Positions 30,814-40,262 of a DNA stretch of 45,277 nucleotides are shown here, one piece after another. The notes under the pieces were generated by a model. It saw only the letters and a program-made list of their open reading frames with translations, made no database searches and was not told where the DNA came from. Source of the stretch: Minisyncoccota bacterium (lineage in GTDB: Bacteria > Patescibacteriota > Minisyncoccia > Minisyncoccales > JAQTVQ01); contig JBBABQ010000002.1 of the NCBI GenBank assembly GCA_041657565.1, positions 1-45,277 of the forward strand, in the 5' to 3' direction. Numbering within the stretch: position 1 is the stretch's first letter; each line of letters opens with the position of its first letter. A program made the position numbers and the translations under genes.

Positions 30814-31851
30814 ATGCTCGGAATAGACCCGTCGCTCGTTCTTCAAGTTCTTACTATTTTCCTTTGGTCGGGAGCGGTTTTGAGTTTGTTTTTCGGGATG
30901 TTCACCTGGCTGCAGGATAAAAGATCTCCCATTAACATTCTTTTTGTTCTGGTCACCGCGTCTGTTTCCATTTGGCTCGGCGCAAGCGTTCCAATGCTTA
31001 ACAGTTGTAAGGCAGCGGAAGCAGCCGCTTATTTTTGGGATAAAGTGGTCTATTGCGGAGTGGTTTTCATCCCTATATTTCTTCTCCATTTTTCTTTGAT
31101 AATGTCGAAAGAGAAAAGGAAAATATACAAAGTCCTCTTGCCCATCGGTTATGTTCTGGCGACCGTCTTTTTGATCTCGATCTGGTTCTTCCCGCAATTT
31201 TTCATACAGGGCCTTTTCAAGTACGACTGGGGCTGCCACAGCATCGCCCAGCCCGGCCATAATCTTTTTCTGGCTTACTTTGTCGGCTATCTGCTCTTGT
31301 TCTTTTATAAGATGTTCAAGCTTTGGAGGGGTTCAAAAGATCCGGTTTTGAAAATACAAAGCAAATACATTTTTTATTCTTTCATGTTTCTGTTTGCCAG
31401 CTCCTTGGCCTTTTTGCCAGGGTATAAAATACCGGTTTTTCCCATCGCTTATATTTTCCCCTTGATCTGGGTGCTTATCCTGACCTATGCCATTACCCAG
31501 CACAGCCTTTTGAACGCCAAAGTGATTTTCGTCGACGTCCTGGCCGCCTTGGTGGTCTTTACCGTTTTGGTTTACGCTTTGCTTTCCAAGGGAACCAATG
31601 ACGTTGTTATCAGAATTTCTTTTTTCGCCCTCATTCTTGTTTTTGCCTGGCTGGCCGTCAGGGGCGTGCATCGCGAGATCAATGAAAAACAGCGTTTGGA
31701 AAAATTGGTGGCGGAAAGGACAAAAGAGGTTATGGAGAGATCGGCGGAATTGGAGAAATGGTACAAACTTACCGTCGGCCGCGAGATAAGGATGGCCGAG
31801 CTTAAGAAGCAGATACAAGGGATGGAAGAAGAAGCGAAAACAAAACAATGA
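30814..31851 (+). CDS. multi-TM receptor-like protein with conserved coiled-coil tail, paralog 6
   Basis: Tail 'ERTKEVMERSAELEKWYKLTVGREIRMAELKKQIQGMEEE'. Confidence 0.8.
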   Translation: MLGIDPSLVLQVLTIFLWSGAVLSLFFGMFTWLQDKRSPINILFVLVTASVSIWLGASVPMLNSCKAAEAAAYFWDKVVYCGVVFIPIFLLHFSLIMSKEKRKIYKVLLPIGYVLATVFLISIWFFPQFFIQGLFKYDWGCHSIAQPGHNLFLAYFVGYLLLFFYKMFKLWRGSKDPVLKIQSKYIFYSFMFLFASSLAFLPGYKIPVFPIAYIFPLIWVLILTYAITQHSLLNAKVIFVDVLAALVVFTVLVYALLSKGTNDVVIRISFFALILVFAWLAVRGVHREINEKQRLEKLVAERTKEVMERSAELEKWYKLTVGREIRMAELKKQIQGMEEEAKTKQ

Positions 31852-32936
31852 TCGATATATCCGCCAACATCGATCCGGACCTGTTTCTTCAAATTCTCAC
31901 GATCTTCCTTTGGTCAGGAGCCGCTTTGAGCGTATTTTTTGGGATATTCACCTGGTTACAAGGCAAAAGATCCCCGATCAACATTCTTTTTGCCTTGGCT
32001 GCTGTTTGCGTAGCTCTTTTTATGGGTGCTAGCGCGGGGATGCTTAATAATTGCGGGACGGAGTGGAAGGCATATTTTTGGGACAAAATAGTTTACTGCC
32101 AGGCGGTTTTCATTCCGATCCTTCTTTTGCATTTTTCAATGGTTTTTTCCAAAGAAAAGAATAGAATTTTAAGAGCTTTGGTCCCTTTGGGGTATTTTTT
32201 TGCTTTTTCCTTTCTCTCTATTGTATTTTTTTTCCCTCAATTTTTAATTCAAGGACTTTTTAATTATACGTGGGGCTGCCACAGCATCGCCCAGCCCGGC
32301 CATAATTATCTTTTGGTTTATTTTATTTCTTTCCTCTCTCTATTTTTTGGCAAGACTTTTGTCCTGTGGAGAAAAACCCAAGATCCGGTCTTGAAGGTCC
32401 AAAGCAAATATATTTTTATTTCTTTTTTATTTCTTTTTTGCTGCTCTTTAGCTTTTTTGCCCGGATATAAAATACCTATCTGGCCTATCGTGTATGTTTC
32501 TCCTTTGATATGGCTGCTCATTCTGACCTATGTGATCACCAAGCACAGCCTTTTGAACGCTAAAGTGATCATCGTCGATGTCCTCGCCGCCTTAGTTGTT
32601 TTTACCGCTTTTGTTTACGCGGTCGTTTCGAAAGATTCCACAGACAGGGTCATAAGAATAATATTTTTCTTTTTGATATTGGTGTTCGGCTGGCTGGCCG
32701 CCAGGGGCGTGCATCGCGAGATAGACGAAAACGACCGGCTGGAAGCCATTGTCGCGGACAGGACAAAAGAGCTTGAGCAGTCAAAACAAGTAGCCGAAGA
32801 AAGAGCAAAGGAGCTGGAAAAATGGTATAATCTGACCGTCGGCAGGGAACTTAGGATGGCCGAGCTTAAGAAGCAGATACAAGGGTTGGAGGGAGAGTTG
32901 AAAACAAAAGATGATAAGCCAAGAAATAATCAATAA
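31848..32936 (+). CDS. same family, paralog 7 (close duplicate of paralog 6)
   Basis: ATGA overlap with paralog 6. Tail 'DRTKELEQSKQVAEERAKELEKWYNLTVGRELRMAELKKQIQGLEGE'. Confidence 0.8.
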   Translation: MIDISANIDPDLFLQILTIFLWSGAALSVFFGIFTWLQGKRSPINILFALAAVCVALFMGASAGMLNNCGTEWKAYFWDKIVYCQAVFIPILLLHFSMVFSKEKNRILRALVPLGYFFAFSFLSIVFFFPQFLIQGLFNYTWGCHSIAQPGHNYLLVYFISFLSLFFGKTFVLWRKTQDPVLKVQSKYIFISFLFLFCCSLAFLPGYKIPIWPIVYVSPLIWLLILTYVITKHSLLNAKVIIVDVLAALVVFTAFVYAVVSKDSTDRVIRIIFFFLILVFGWLAARGVHREIDENDRLEAIVADRTKELEQSKQVAEERAKELEKWYNLTVGRELRMAELKKQIQGLEGELKTKDDKPRNNQ

Positions 32937-32953
32937 ATTTGATATAAAAGCAT

Positions 32954-33322
32954 ATGACACAGAAAGTTTTATTGGCGGAAGATGACCCGTTTCTTATCGA
33001 TATTTATACAACCAAGCTGGCGAACAGCGGATTCGACATGGCCGTGGCAAAGACGGGAGATGAAGTCCTGTCCGGCCTGAGAGAGCGGATGCCGGACATA
33101 TTGCTTTTGGATATAGTGCTGCCGGGAATGTCCGGATGGGAGGTCCTCTCCGAGATCAGGAAGGATCCGAAATTCAACGATCTGAAAATAATAATTCTTT
33201 CCAATCTTGGCCAGAAGAACGAAGTGGAAAAGGGGCTGGAAATGGGGGCTGTCGGTTATTTGGTCAAAGCTCATTACACTCCGACCCAGATAGTCGAAGA
33301 GATAAGAAAGATATTGGGATAA
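32954..33322 (+). CDS. stand-alone response-regulator receiver domain (CheY-like)
   Basis: 'LLAEDDPF', phospho-Asp context 'ILLLDIVLPGMSG', 'IIILSNL' and 'GYLVKA'. There is no output domain. Confidence 0.85.
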   Translation: MTQKVLLAEDDPFLIDIYTTKLANSGFDMAVAKTGDEVLSGLRERMPDILLLDIVLPGMSGWEVLSEIRKDPKFNDLKIIILSNLGQKNEVEKGLEMGAVGYLVKAHYTPTQIVEEIRKILG

Positions 33323-33344
33323 AAGACCTTAAATTATAGACCTT

Positions 33345-34088
33345 ATGTATAAAATAGTTTTTCTCAGGCACGGCGAAAGCCTTTGGAACAAAGAGAACCG
33401 TTTTACCGGCTGGACGGATATCGATCTTTCTCCGGAAGGGATAGTTCAGGCCGAAGAGGCCGGCAGGGTATTGAGGGAAGGGGGTTATACTTTTGATGTT
33501 GTCTATACCTCTTTATTAAAAAGAGCCATAAGGACCTCATGGATAGTCCTCGACAAAATGAACCTCATGTGGCTGCCGGTCGTGAATTCCTGGAAGCTCA
33601 ATGAAAGGCATTATGGCGATCTGCAAGGATTGAACAAGGGCGAGATGGCAAAAAAATACGGTGAAGAGCAGGTTTTTATATGGAGAAGGAGCTATGATAT
33701 AAGGCCGCCCGAACTTGCTTTGGACGACAAGCGCCATCCGGCGAACGATCCGAGATATAAAGGGTTGGAAAAGGCCGGCCAGCCTTCTTGCGAATCGCTT
33801 CAGGACACTTATAACAGGAGCGTTCCTTATTGGGAGTCCGAAATAGTTCCCGCTTTGAAAGAAGACAAAAAGATCTTGGTCTCCGCCCACGGGAACAGCC
33901 TGCGCGCGATAGTCAAACATCTTGATAAAATATCGGATGAGGATATATCCAAGATCAATATACCCACCGGGATGCCTTTGGTTTATGAATTTGACGAAGA
34001 ATTGAAGCCCTTGAAGCATTATTATCTGGGCAATCCCGAGGAGGTAGAGAAGCAGATAAACAAAATGAAGGACCAGGGCAAGGCGTGA
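33345..34088 (+). CDS. gpmA: 2,3-bisphosphoglycerate-dependent phosphoglycerate mutase
   Basis: '[18 protein letters not shown]' and 'SAHGNSLRA'. Confidence 0.95.
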   Translation: MYKIVFLRHGESLWNKENRFTGWTDIDLSPEGIVQAEEAGRVLREGGYTFDVVYTSLLKRAIRTSWIVLDKMNLMWLPVVNSWKLNERHYGDLQGLNKGEMAKKYGEEQVFIWRRSYDIRPPELALDDKRHPANDPRYKGLEKAGQPSCESLQDTYNRSVPYWESEIVPALKEDKKILVSAHGNSLRAIVKHLDKISDEDISKINIPTGMPLVYEFDEELKPLKHYYLGNPEEVEKQINKMKDQGKA

Positions 34089-34137
34089 CCGGGAACGGTC
34101 TTCTTGCGATGGGGCCAAATTGATCTATAATAGATAT

Positions 34138-34380
34138 ATGGATACGCTAAAAGTCAGGATCTTTTCAACTCCAACCTGCCCATATTGCTATACCTTGAAG
34201 CAGTTTTTGAAGAATAAAGGAGTGGAATTCGAGGATATCGATGTCGGCAAGGACGAAAGCGCCGCCAGTCTTTTAGTGGAAAAGACCGGCCAGATGGGGG
34301 TCCCGGTGATCGCCATCGGAGAGGAATTCATAGTTGGGTTCGAGAAAAAGAAAATTTGCGCGTTGTTGGATATTAAATAA
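34138..34380 (+). CDS. glutaredoxin/NrdH-like small redox protein
   Basis: 'CPYC' active site and 'GQMGVPVI'. The ATG at 34138 is preferred over the TTG at 34120. Confidence 0.8.
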   Translation: MDTLKVRIFSTPTCPYCYTLKQFLKNKGVEFEDIDVGKDESAASLLVEKTGQMGVPVIAIGEEFIVGFEKKKICALLDIK

Positions 34381-34393
34381 ATAATTAAACGAA

Positions 34394-34511
34394 ATGCCAA
34401 TGACCAAATTCCAATGACCAATAAAGCCCTAAGCCCCAATGCCCAATAAAATATTTTGGGATTTCGGGAATTAGGATTTAATTGGACATTGGACATTGAG
34501 GCTTGGGATTT
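34394..34511 (+). repeat. long imperfect hairpin of the same word family (element B)
   Basis: 'GCCAATGACCAAATTCCAATGACCAATAAAGCCCTAAGCCCCAATGCCCAATAAAAT', then 'TTTGGGATTTCGGGAATTAGGATTTAATTGGACATTGGACATTGAGGCTTGGGATTT'. It shares 'AGCCCCAATG(A/C)CCAAT' and 'CCCAATAAAAT' with element A and ends 12 nt before the gap ATG. Confidence 0.75.
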
Positions 34512-34523
34512 AAATTTACAGTT

Positions 34524-35537
34524 ATGGCAGTAAAAGTTGCTATCAACGGATTTGGCCGGATCGGCCGCGCGGTTTTAAGAATAATTTCGGACAGCCATCC
34601 CGATGTACAGGTTGTGGCGATCAATGATCTGACGGAATGCAACGTCTTGGCTCATTTGATAAAGTTCGATTCGGTTTACGGAAAATGTTCCAAATCGGTC
34701 GAGGTCAAAGGCACTTCGATCATCCTTGGCGGTTCGGAGATCAAAACCTTTACCGAGAGCGATCCCACAAAACTTCCCTGGAAAGACCTTGGGATCGATA
34801 TTGTTTTGGAGTGCACCGGAAAATTCACCAAATACGAGGACCTGATGAAGCACATTGAGGCTGGCGCGAAAAAAGCTATCGCTTCGGCTCCTTCCAAAAC
34901 CCCGGACAAAGTTCCTTCTTTTCTGTTGGGAATAAACGCCGATCAGTATGACCCGGAGAAAGACCATGTTATGGATATGGGGTCCTGCACCACCAATTGT
35001 CTTGCTCCTGTTGCCAAAGTTTTGGATGAGAATTTCAAGATCGTCAGAGGTTTTATGACAACCGTCCATGCTTATACCAATGATCAGAAGCTTTTGGACG
35101 TGGCCCACAAAGATCTGAGAAGGGCGAGAGCCGCGGCGATGAATATCATCCCGACAACTACCGGTGCGGCGAAAACCATCGGAAAAGTAATCCCGACTTT
35201 GAAAGGAAAGCTTGACGGTATAGCTTTGCGCGTTCCGGTCCCGACGGTTTCCGTCGTCGATCTGGTCTGCGAGGTTGAAAAATCGACAACGATAGAAGAG
35301 GTGAACTATGCTTTAAAAAAGGCTTCTCAGACAAGCAATTTCCAAGGGATATTCGGCGTTGAAGACGCTCCGGTCGTTTCTTCGGATTACATCGGGAGTT
35401 CCTTTTCGTCCATAGTCGATTCTCCTTTGACAATGGTCAACGAAAAATTGGTCAAAGTGATAGCTTGGTACGACAACGAATGGGGATATGCCTGCCGCTT
35501 GGCCGACTTTGCGGAATACGTAGGGAAGAAAAAATAA
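34524..35537 (+). CDS. gap: glyceraldehyde-3-phosphate dehydrogenase, type I
   Basis: 'VAINGFGRIGR', active site 'SCTTNCLAP' and 'WYDNEWGY'. The start is the ATG at 34524. Confidence 0.95.
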   Translation: MAVKVAINGFGRIGRAVLRIISDSHPDVQVVAINDLTECNVLAHLIKFDSVYGKCSKSVEVKGTSIILGGSEIKTFTESDPTKLPWKDLGIDIVLECTGKFTKYEDLMKHIEAGAKKAIASAPSKTPDKVPSFLLGINADQYDPEKDHVMDMGSCTTNCLAPVAKVLDENFKIVRGFMTTVHAYTNDQKLLDVAHKDLRRARAAAMNIIPTTTGAAKTIGKVIPTLKGKLDGIALRVPVPTVSVVDLVCEVEKSTTIEEVNYALKKASQTSNFQGIFGVEDAPVVSSDYIGSSFSSIVDSPLTMVNEKLVKVIAWYDNEWGYACRLADFAEYVGKKK

Positions 35538-35548
35538 CATTTTTAAAA

Positions 35549-35578
35549 ACCGGCGCTTTACAGGGCGCCGGTTTTTTT
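35549..35578 (+). terminator. rho-independent terminator
   Basis: Stem ACCGGCGC/GCGCCGGT with an 8-nt loop, then T7. Confidence 0.85.
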
Positions 35579-35653
35579 ATGAATATTTTAAATTTTGATA
35601 AGAAGATAGACTCAACCCGCTTGTTTAAGGTATAATTGATCCTAAAGAAATCT

Positions 35654-37582
35654 ATGAAAAAGATAGGAGATTACTATTTCCCTGAAAATACGGGAAAGGA
35701 AACAGAAACTGCAGACAGATCCGCATACGAACGGGCGGTTGAGGACCCGGTCAAATTTTGGGAGGAGATAGCGGGAGAGATTTTTTGGTTTAAAAAATGG
35801 GACAAGGCTTTTACCCATAATCCTCCCCGTTTCGAGTGGTTTTCCGGCGGGGAGATGAATATCACATCGGATATTTTCGAAAACAATCATCTGGGTTTTG
35901 AGAATATAAAGGAAAAGACCGCTTTGATCTGGGAACCTGAGGTTATCGGGGAAGAAGGGAAAAAATTCACTTACGGCGATCTGCTCGAGCGGACCAACCG
36001 GCTGGCGAACGCTTTAAAGAAACTGGGGGTCAAAAAGGGAGACCGGGTCGGGATATATTTGCCGATGGTGCCGGAAGCCATAATATCGATGCTGGCTTGC
36101 AGCCGCATCGGGGCGGTGCACAGCGTGGTTTTTTCCGCTTTTTCCCCGGAATCCTTGAAATTAAGGCTTCAGGACGCCGGAGCCAAAATATTGATCACCG
36201 CCGACGGTTATTATCGCCGCGGCCAGATCAAAAATTTGAAACAAAATGCCGATAAGGCAAGAGAGGGAACGAAGATAGAGAAGGTCATTGTGGTAAAAAG
36301 GGCGGGGAATGAAGTGCCGTGGGATAAAGACTCGGATTTTTGGTACGAAGACCTGGTCAGCCGGGAAAGCGATATCTGCCCGGCGGAAAGGATGGGAAGC
36401 GAAGACATGCATTTCATTCTTTACACCAGCGGCAGTACCGGAAAGCCGAAAGGCTGCATCCACCATTGCGGGGGATATGCGGTACAGGCTTTTTATACCG
36501 GAAGGCGGATCTTTAAACTCGGGCAAGACAGCGTTTTTTGGTCCACCGCCGATGTCGGCTGGGTGACCGGCCATACTTATTCCTGTTACAGTCCTTTGAT
36601 CTGCGGGTCTACCTTTGTCATTTTTGAGGGAGCGCTTGATTTCCCCGAACCTGACCGCTGGGTGGGCATAATTGAAAAATACGGAGTGACCGCTTTTTAT
36701 ACCGCTCCGACCGCGATAAGGATGTTCGAGCAGGCGAGGATGGAAGACAGATTGGCCGAATCCAGATTAAAGACATTAAAGATCCTTGGCTCGGTCGGAG
36801 AACCGATAGACCGGTCGGCTTGGGAATGGTATTTTAAAGAAGTAGGGAAAGAAAAATGTCCTTTGCTTGATACTTGGTGGCAAACGGAAACAGGAGGGAT
36901 ATTGATAACCTCTTTGCCCGATATCGGGCCCCTCAGGCCCTCTTTTATCGGCCTTCCTTTACCGGGCGTGAGTGCGGAGATATTAGATGAAGAAGGGAAG
37001 CCTTGTCTTCCGGGAAAAACAGGCAACCTTGTTTTGCTTCCCCCTTTTCCGCCCTCTCTTTCGCGCGGGATATATAACGACGAGGAAAAATATATCGAAA
37101 CTTATTGGAGCAAATATGGTAATGGCGTCTATTTTTCCTCGGACGCGGCTTACAGGGACGATGAGGGGATGATAAGGGTAGTGGGAAGAGTGGACGACGT
37201 CATCAAGGTGGCCGGACACAGGGTGTCCACCGGCGAAATGGAAGCGGCGATAAATTTTCATCCTTTGATAACTGAGTGCGCGGTGATCGGCGTTCCCGAT
37301 CCGGTAAAAGGAGAAGTTCCCATGGCTTTCGTCGTTTACAGAGGTGCTTCAGGCCGGGAAGAAATAAAAAAACAATTAGCGGACCAGATAAAAAAAGATA
37401 TCGGCCCGATAGCCTTGCCCAAAAAGATCTATTTAGTGGATGATCTTCCCAAAACCAGATCGGGCAAGATCATGAGGAGAATATTAAGAAATATGATCGC
37501 CGGAGAAGATATCGGCGACCTCTCCACTCTTTCCGACCCGGAAAGCGTGGATAAGATAAAAGAACAGATCAACCATGGATAA
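35654..37582 (+). CDS. acs: acetyl-CoA synthetase (AMP-forming)
   Basis: 'YTSGSTGKPKG', 'WWQTETGG', 'SGKIMRR' and an Acs-like N-terminus. The start is the ATG at 35654. Confidence 0.9.
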   Translation: MKKIGDYYFPENTGKETETADRSAYERAVEDPVKFWEEIAGEIFWFKKWDKAFTHNPPRFEWFSGGEMNITSDIFENNHLGFENIKEKTALIWEPEVIGEEGKKFTYGDLLERTNRLANALKKLGVKKGDRVGIYLPMVPEAIISMLACSRIGAVHSVVFSAFSPESLKLRLQDAGAKILITADGYYRRGQIKNLKQNADKAREGTKIEKVIVVKRAGNEVPWDKDSDFWYEDLVSRESDICPAERMGSEDMHFILYTSGSTGKPKGCIHHCGGYAVQAFYTGRRIFKLGQDSVFWSTADVGWVTGHTYSCYSPLICGSTFVIFEGALDFPEPDRWVGIIEKYGVTAFYTAPTAIRMFEQARMEDRLAESRLKTLKILGSVGEPIDRSAWEWYFKEVGKEKCPLLDTWWQTETGGILITSLPDIGPLRPSFIGLPLPGVSAEILDEEGKPCLPGKTGNLVLLPPFPPSLSRGIYNDEEKYIETYWSKYGNGVYFSSDAAYRDDEGMIRVVGRVDDVIKVAGHRVSTGEMEAAINFHPLITECAVIGVPDPVKGEVPMAFVVYRGASGREEIKKQLADQIKKDIGPIALPKKIYLVDDLPKTRSGKIMRRILRNMIAGEDIGDLSTLSDPESVDKIKEQINHG

Positions 37583-37730
37583 AAATATTTTTAAAAGCCA
37601 AAGAGGTTCGGTCAACGGCTTTTTGGATTTTATTTTTGTGGTCGTCGTCGTTTTTTTGGCGATAATCCTTTTTACGCAGTATGATTATGTAGCAGGCGTT
37701 TTTCAGAAAATATTTTCGCAAAGTTTTTAA
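37575..37730 (+). CDS. possible 51-aa single-TM protein overlapping the acs stop
   Basis: The ATG lies within '...AACCATGGATAA'. Translation is 'MDKNIFKSQRGSVNGFLDFIFVVVVVFLAIILFTQYDYVAGVFQKIFSQSF'. It is below the ORF-track cutoff. Confidence 0.35.
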   Translation: MDKNIFKSQRGSVNGFLDFIFVVVVVFLAIILFTQYDYVAGVFQKIFSQSF

Positions 37731-37762
37731 TATCAAACAATTAAATTTAAGCAAAAAATCTT

Positions 37763-40153
37763 ATGGATAAAGCATTAGATAGAGACAAAAAAAATATTTT
37801 GTGGTTCGAAGAGATAGAAAAGAAAGACGTCCCGCTGGTCGGCGGTAAAAACTCGTCGCTGGGAGAGATGTTCTCCAAACTTACTTCGCTCGGAATAAAT
37901 ATCCCGAACGGATTCGCCTTGACGTCGGCCGCCTTCTGGCATTATTTGCGATACAACGGGATAGACGGAGAGCTGGCCGATCTTTTTAAGAAGCTCGACC
38001 ACAAAGATCTTGCGTCCCTCAAAGAGACCAGCCGGAAGGCCAGGGCCCTTGTTCTAAAGGGGAAATTCCCCGAAGATCTCGAGCAGGAGATCATAAGCGG
38101 CTATCAAAAACTTTGCGACTATTATAAGCAAAAGAATCTCCGCGTGGCTGTCCGTTCTTCGGCCACGGCCGAGGATCTTGCGGACGCTTCTTTTGCCGGC
38201 CAGCACGAAACTTATTTGAATATTTCCGGCAAGGAAGACCTGCTGGGCGCCGTAAAGAAATGCCTTTCCTCCCTTTATTTGGAACGCGCTTTCGTGTATC
38301 GGGCGGAAAAAGGATTCGACCACTCGAAGGTTGCATTATCGGTCTGTGTTCAGAAGATGATACGCTCCGAGATAGCTTCGGCCGGGATCATGTTCACCCT
38401 GGACACGGAGAGCGGTTTCAGGGATGTTGTTTCGATAAGTTCGATCTACGGAGTAGGAGAATTGATAGTAAAGGGGCGGATCACATCAGATCAGTTTTAT
38501 GTTTTCAAGCCGACCCTGAAACAGGGCCTCAAATCTATCATTGTAAAAAATCTCGGGCGGAAAGAGAGAAAATATGTTTACGCTAAAACAACGGGATTGA
38601 AAGAAGTGCCGGTTTCGCCGAAAGACCAGGCCAATTTTTCTTTATCCGACGACGAGATACTCAAATTGGCCAATTGGGCTTGCCAGATAGAAGAGCATTA
38701 TCAAAACCCGCAGGATATAGAGTGGGCGAAAGACGGAACGACGAAGGAGCTTTTTATCGTCCAATCCAGACCGGAAACTATCCATTCTCAGAAGGATCAG
38801 GGCCGAGTTTATCAGGAATACGAGATCAATCCCAAGACCGGTCCGATAATAACCGGTACTGCCGTAGGAAACAAGATAGGGCAAGGCAAAATAAGAGTTA
38901 TTCCTACCGTTTCCCAGATCAGCCAATTCAAGCCGGGAGAAGTTTTGGTCGCCAATATGACCGATCCGGATTGGATGCCGGTCATGAGGATAGCTTCGGC
39001 GATCGTTACGAACGAAGGGTCAAAAACCTGCCACGCGGCCATCGTTTCCAGGGAGCTTGGAGTTCCCTGCATAGTGGGAGCAAAGAACGCGACCAAGATA
39101 TTGAAAACAGGACAAGAGGTCACTGTTGATTGCAGCCAAGGAACAGGCCGCGTATTGCCGGGCAAGGTGCCTTTTGCGATCAAGACCTATGACCTGAAAG
39201 AACTGCCGGAGCTTCCTACCAAGATCATGCTTAACGTTGGTTCGCCGGATGCGGCTTTCAGGGCTTCTTTCCTGCCGAACTCAGGAGTGGGCTTGGCCAG
39301 GATAGAATTTGTTTTTGCCGATAAAATAAAGGTGCATCCTTTGGCTCTGTATAATTTCGAGAAGATCAAGGATAAAAAGTTGAAAGGCCAGATCGAGGCT
39401 TTAACGATCGGCTATAAAGACAAAAAACAATTTTTTATCAGCAAGCTGGCCGAAGGCGTTGCCCAGATAGGCGCGGCCTTTTATCCAAAACCGGTGATCG
39501 TCCGTTTTTCCGACTTCAAGACCAATGAGTATAAGGCTTTGGTCGGAGGGGCAGCTTATGAGCCGGAAGAATCCAATCCGATGATAGGCTGGAGAGGAGC
39601 TTCCCGCTATTATGACGAGAATTTCCGGCCCGCTTTTGAGATGGAATGCCAGGCGATAAAGAAAGTGCGCGAAGAGTTCGGACTTACGAACGTTTGGACG
39701 ATGATCCCGTTTTGCAGAACGGTCGAAGAAGGAAAGAAGGTCGTTGAATTAATGGCGAAGAACGGGCTTAAAAGAGGGGAAAATGGATTAAAAATAATGG
39801 TCATGTGCGAGATCCCGTCCAACGTGATCTTGGCCGAAGAGTTTTTGGAGGTGTTCGACGGCATGAGCATCGGTTCGAACGATCTGACGCAATTGACCTT
39901 GGGCTTGGACAGGGATGCGTCTTTTATCTCCAGGATAGGAGATGAAAGGAACGAAGCGGTGAAAAAACTTATCAGGATGGCGATCCGTTCTTGCAAAGAG
40001 AAAGGCAAATATTGCGGCATTTGCGGCCAAGCGCCGTCGGATTACGTCGATTTTGCCGAATTTTTGATAGGCGAAGGAATAGAAAGCATGTCTCTTAATC
40101 CGGATTCAGTGATGAGGACCATCTTTCAACTTTCCAAAAAAGAAAACAACTGA
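37763..40153 (+). CDS. ppsA: phosphoenolpyruvate synthase (pyruvate, water dikinase)
   Basis: 'VPLVGGKNSSLGEM', phospho-His loop 'TNEGSKTCHAAIVSRELGVPCIVG' and a C-terminal PEP-utilising TIM domain ('GSNDLTQL'). Confidence 0.9.
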   Translation: MDKALDRDKKNILWFEEIEKKDVPLVGGKNSSLGEMFSKLTSLGINIPNGFALTSAAFWHYLRYNGIDGELADLFKKLDHKDLASLKETSRKARALVLKGKFPEDLEQEIISGYQKLCDYYKQKNLRVAVRSSATAEDLADASFAGQHETYLNISGKEDLLGAVKKCLSSLYLERAFVYRAEKGFDHSKVALSVCVQKMIRSEIASAGIMFTLDTESGFRDVVSISSIYGVGELIVKGRITSDQFYVFKPTLKQGLKSIIVKNLGRKERKYVYAKTTGLKEVPVSPKDQANFSLSDDEILKLANWACQIEEHYQNPQDIEWAKDGTTKELFIVQSRPETIHSQKDQGRVYQEYEINPKTGPIITGTAVGNKIGQGKIRVIPTVSQISQFKPGEVLVANMTDPDWMPVMRIASAIVTNEGSKTCHAAIVSRELGVPCIVGAKNATKILKTGQEVTVDCSQGTGRVLPGKVPFAIKTYDLKELPELPTKIMLNVGSPDAAFRASFLPNSGVGLARIEFVFADKIKVHPLALYNFEKIKDKKLKGQIEALTIGYKDKKQFFISKLAEGVAQIGAAFYPKPVIVRFSDFKTNEYKALVGGAAYEPEESNPMIGWRGASRYYDENFRPAFEMECQAIKKVREEFGLTNVWTMIPFCRTVEEGKKVVELMAKNGLKRGENGLKIMVMCEIPSNVILAEEFLEVFDGMSIGSNDLTQLTLGLDRDASFISRIGDERNEAVKKLIRMAIRSCKEKGKYCGICGQAPSDYVDFAEFLIGEGIESMSLNPDSVMRTIFQLSKKENN

Positions 40154-40262
40154 TAAAATACAGTAGAGCTAAATAATAAAATAAATAATAAAAATTCGTT
40201 GGTCCAGCTTCAGGCGTTGGTTTTCCAACCAGCCGCCATTAAGCTCCCGGCGCAGATCTCTT

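Noticed and set aside
30451-31260. 269-aa minus-strand ORF
   Set aside because: It spans the eno 3' end and the paralog 6 5' end in antisense. Both plus-strand genes are well supported.
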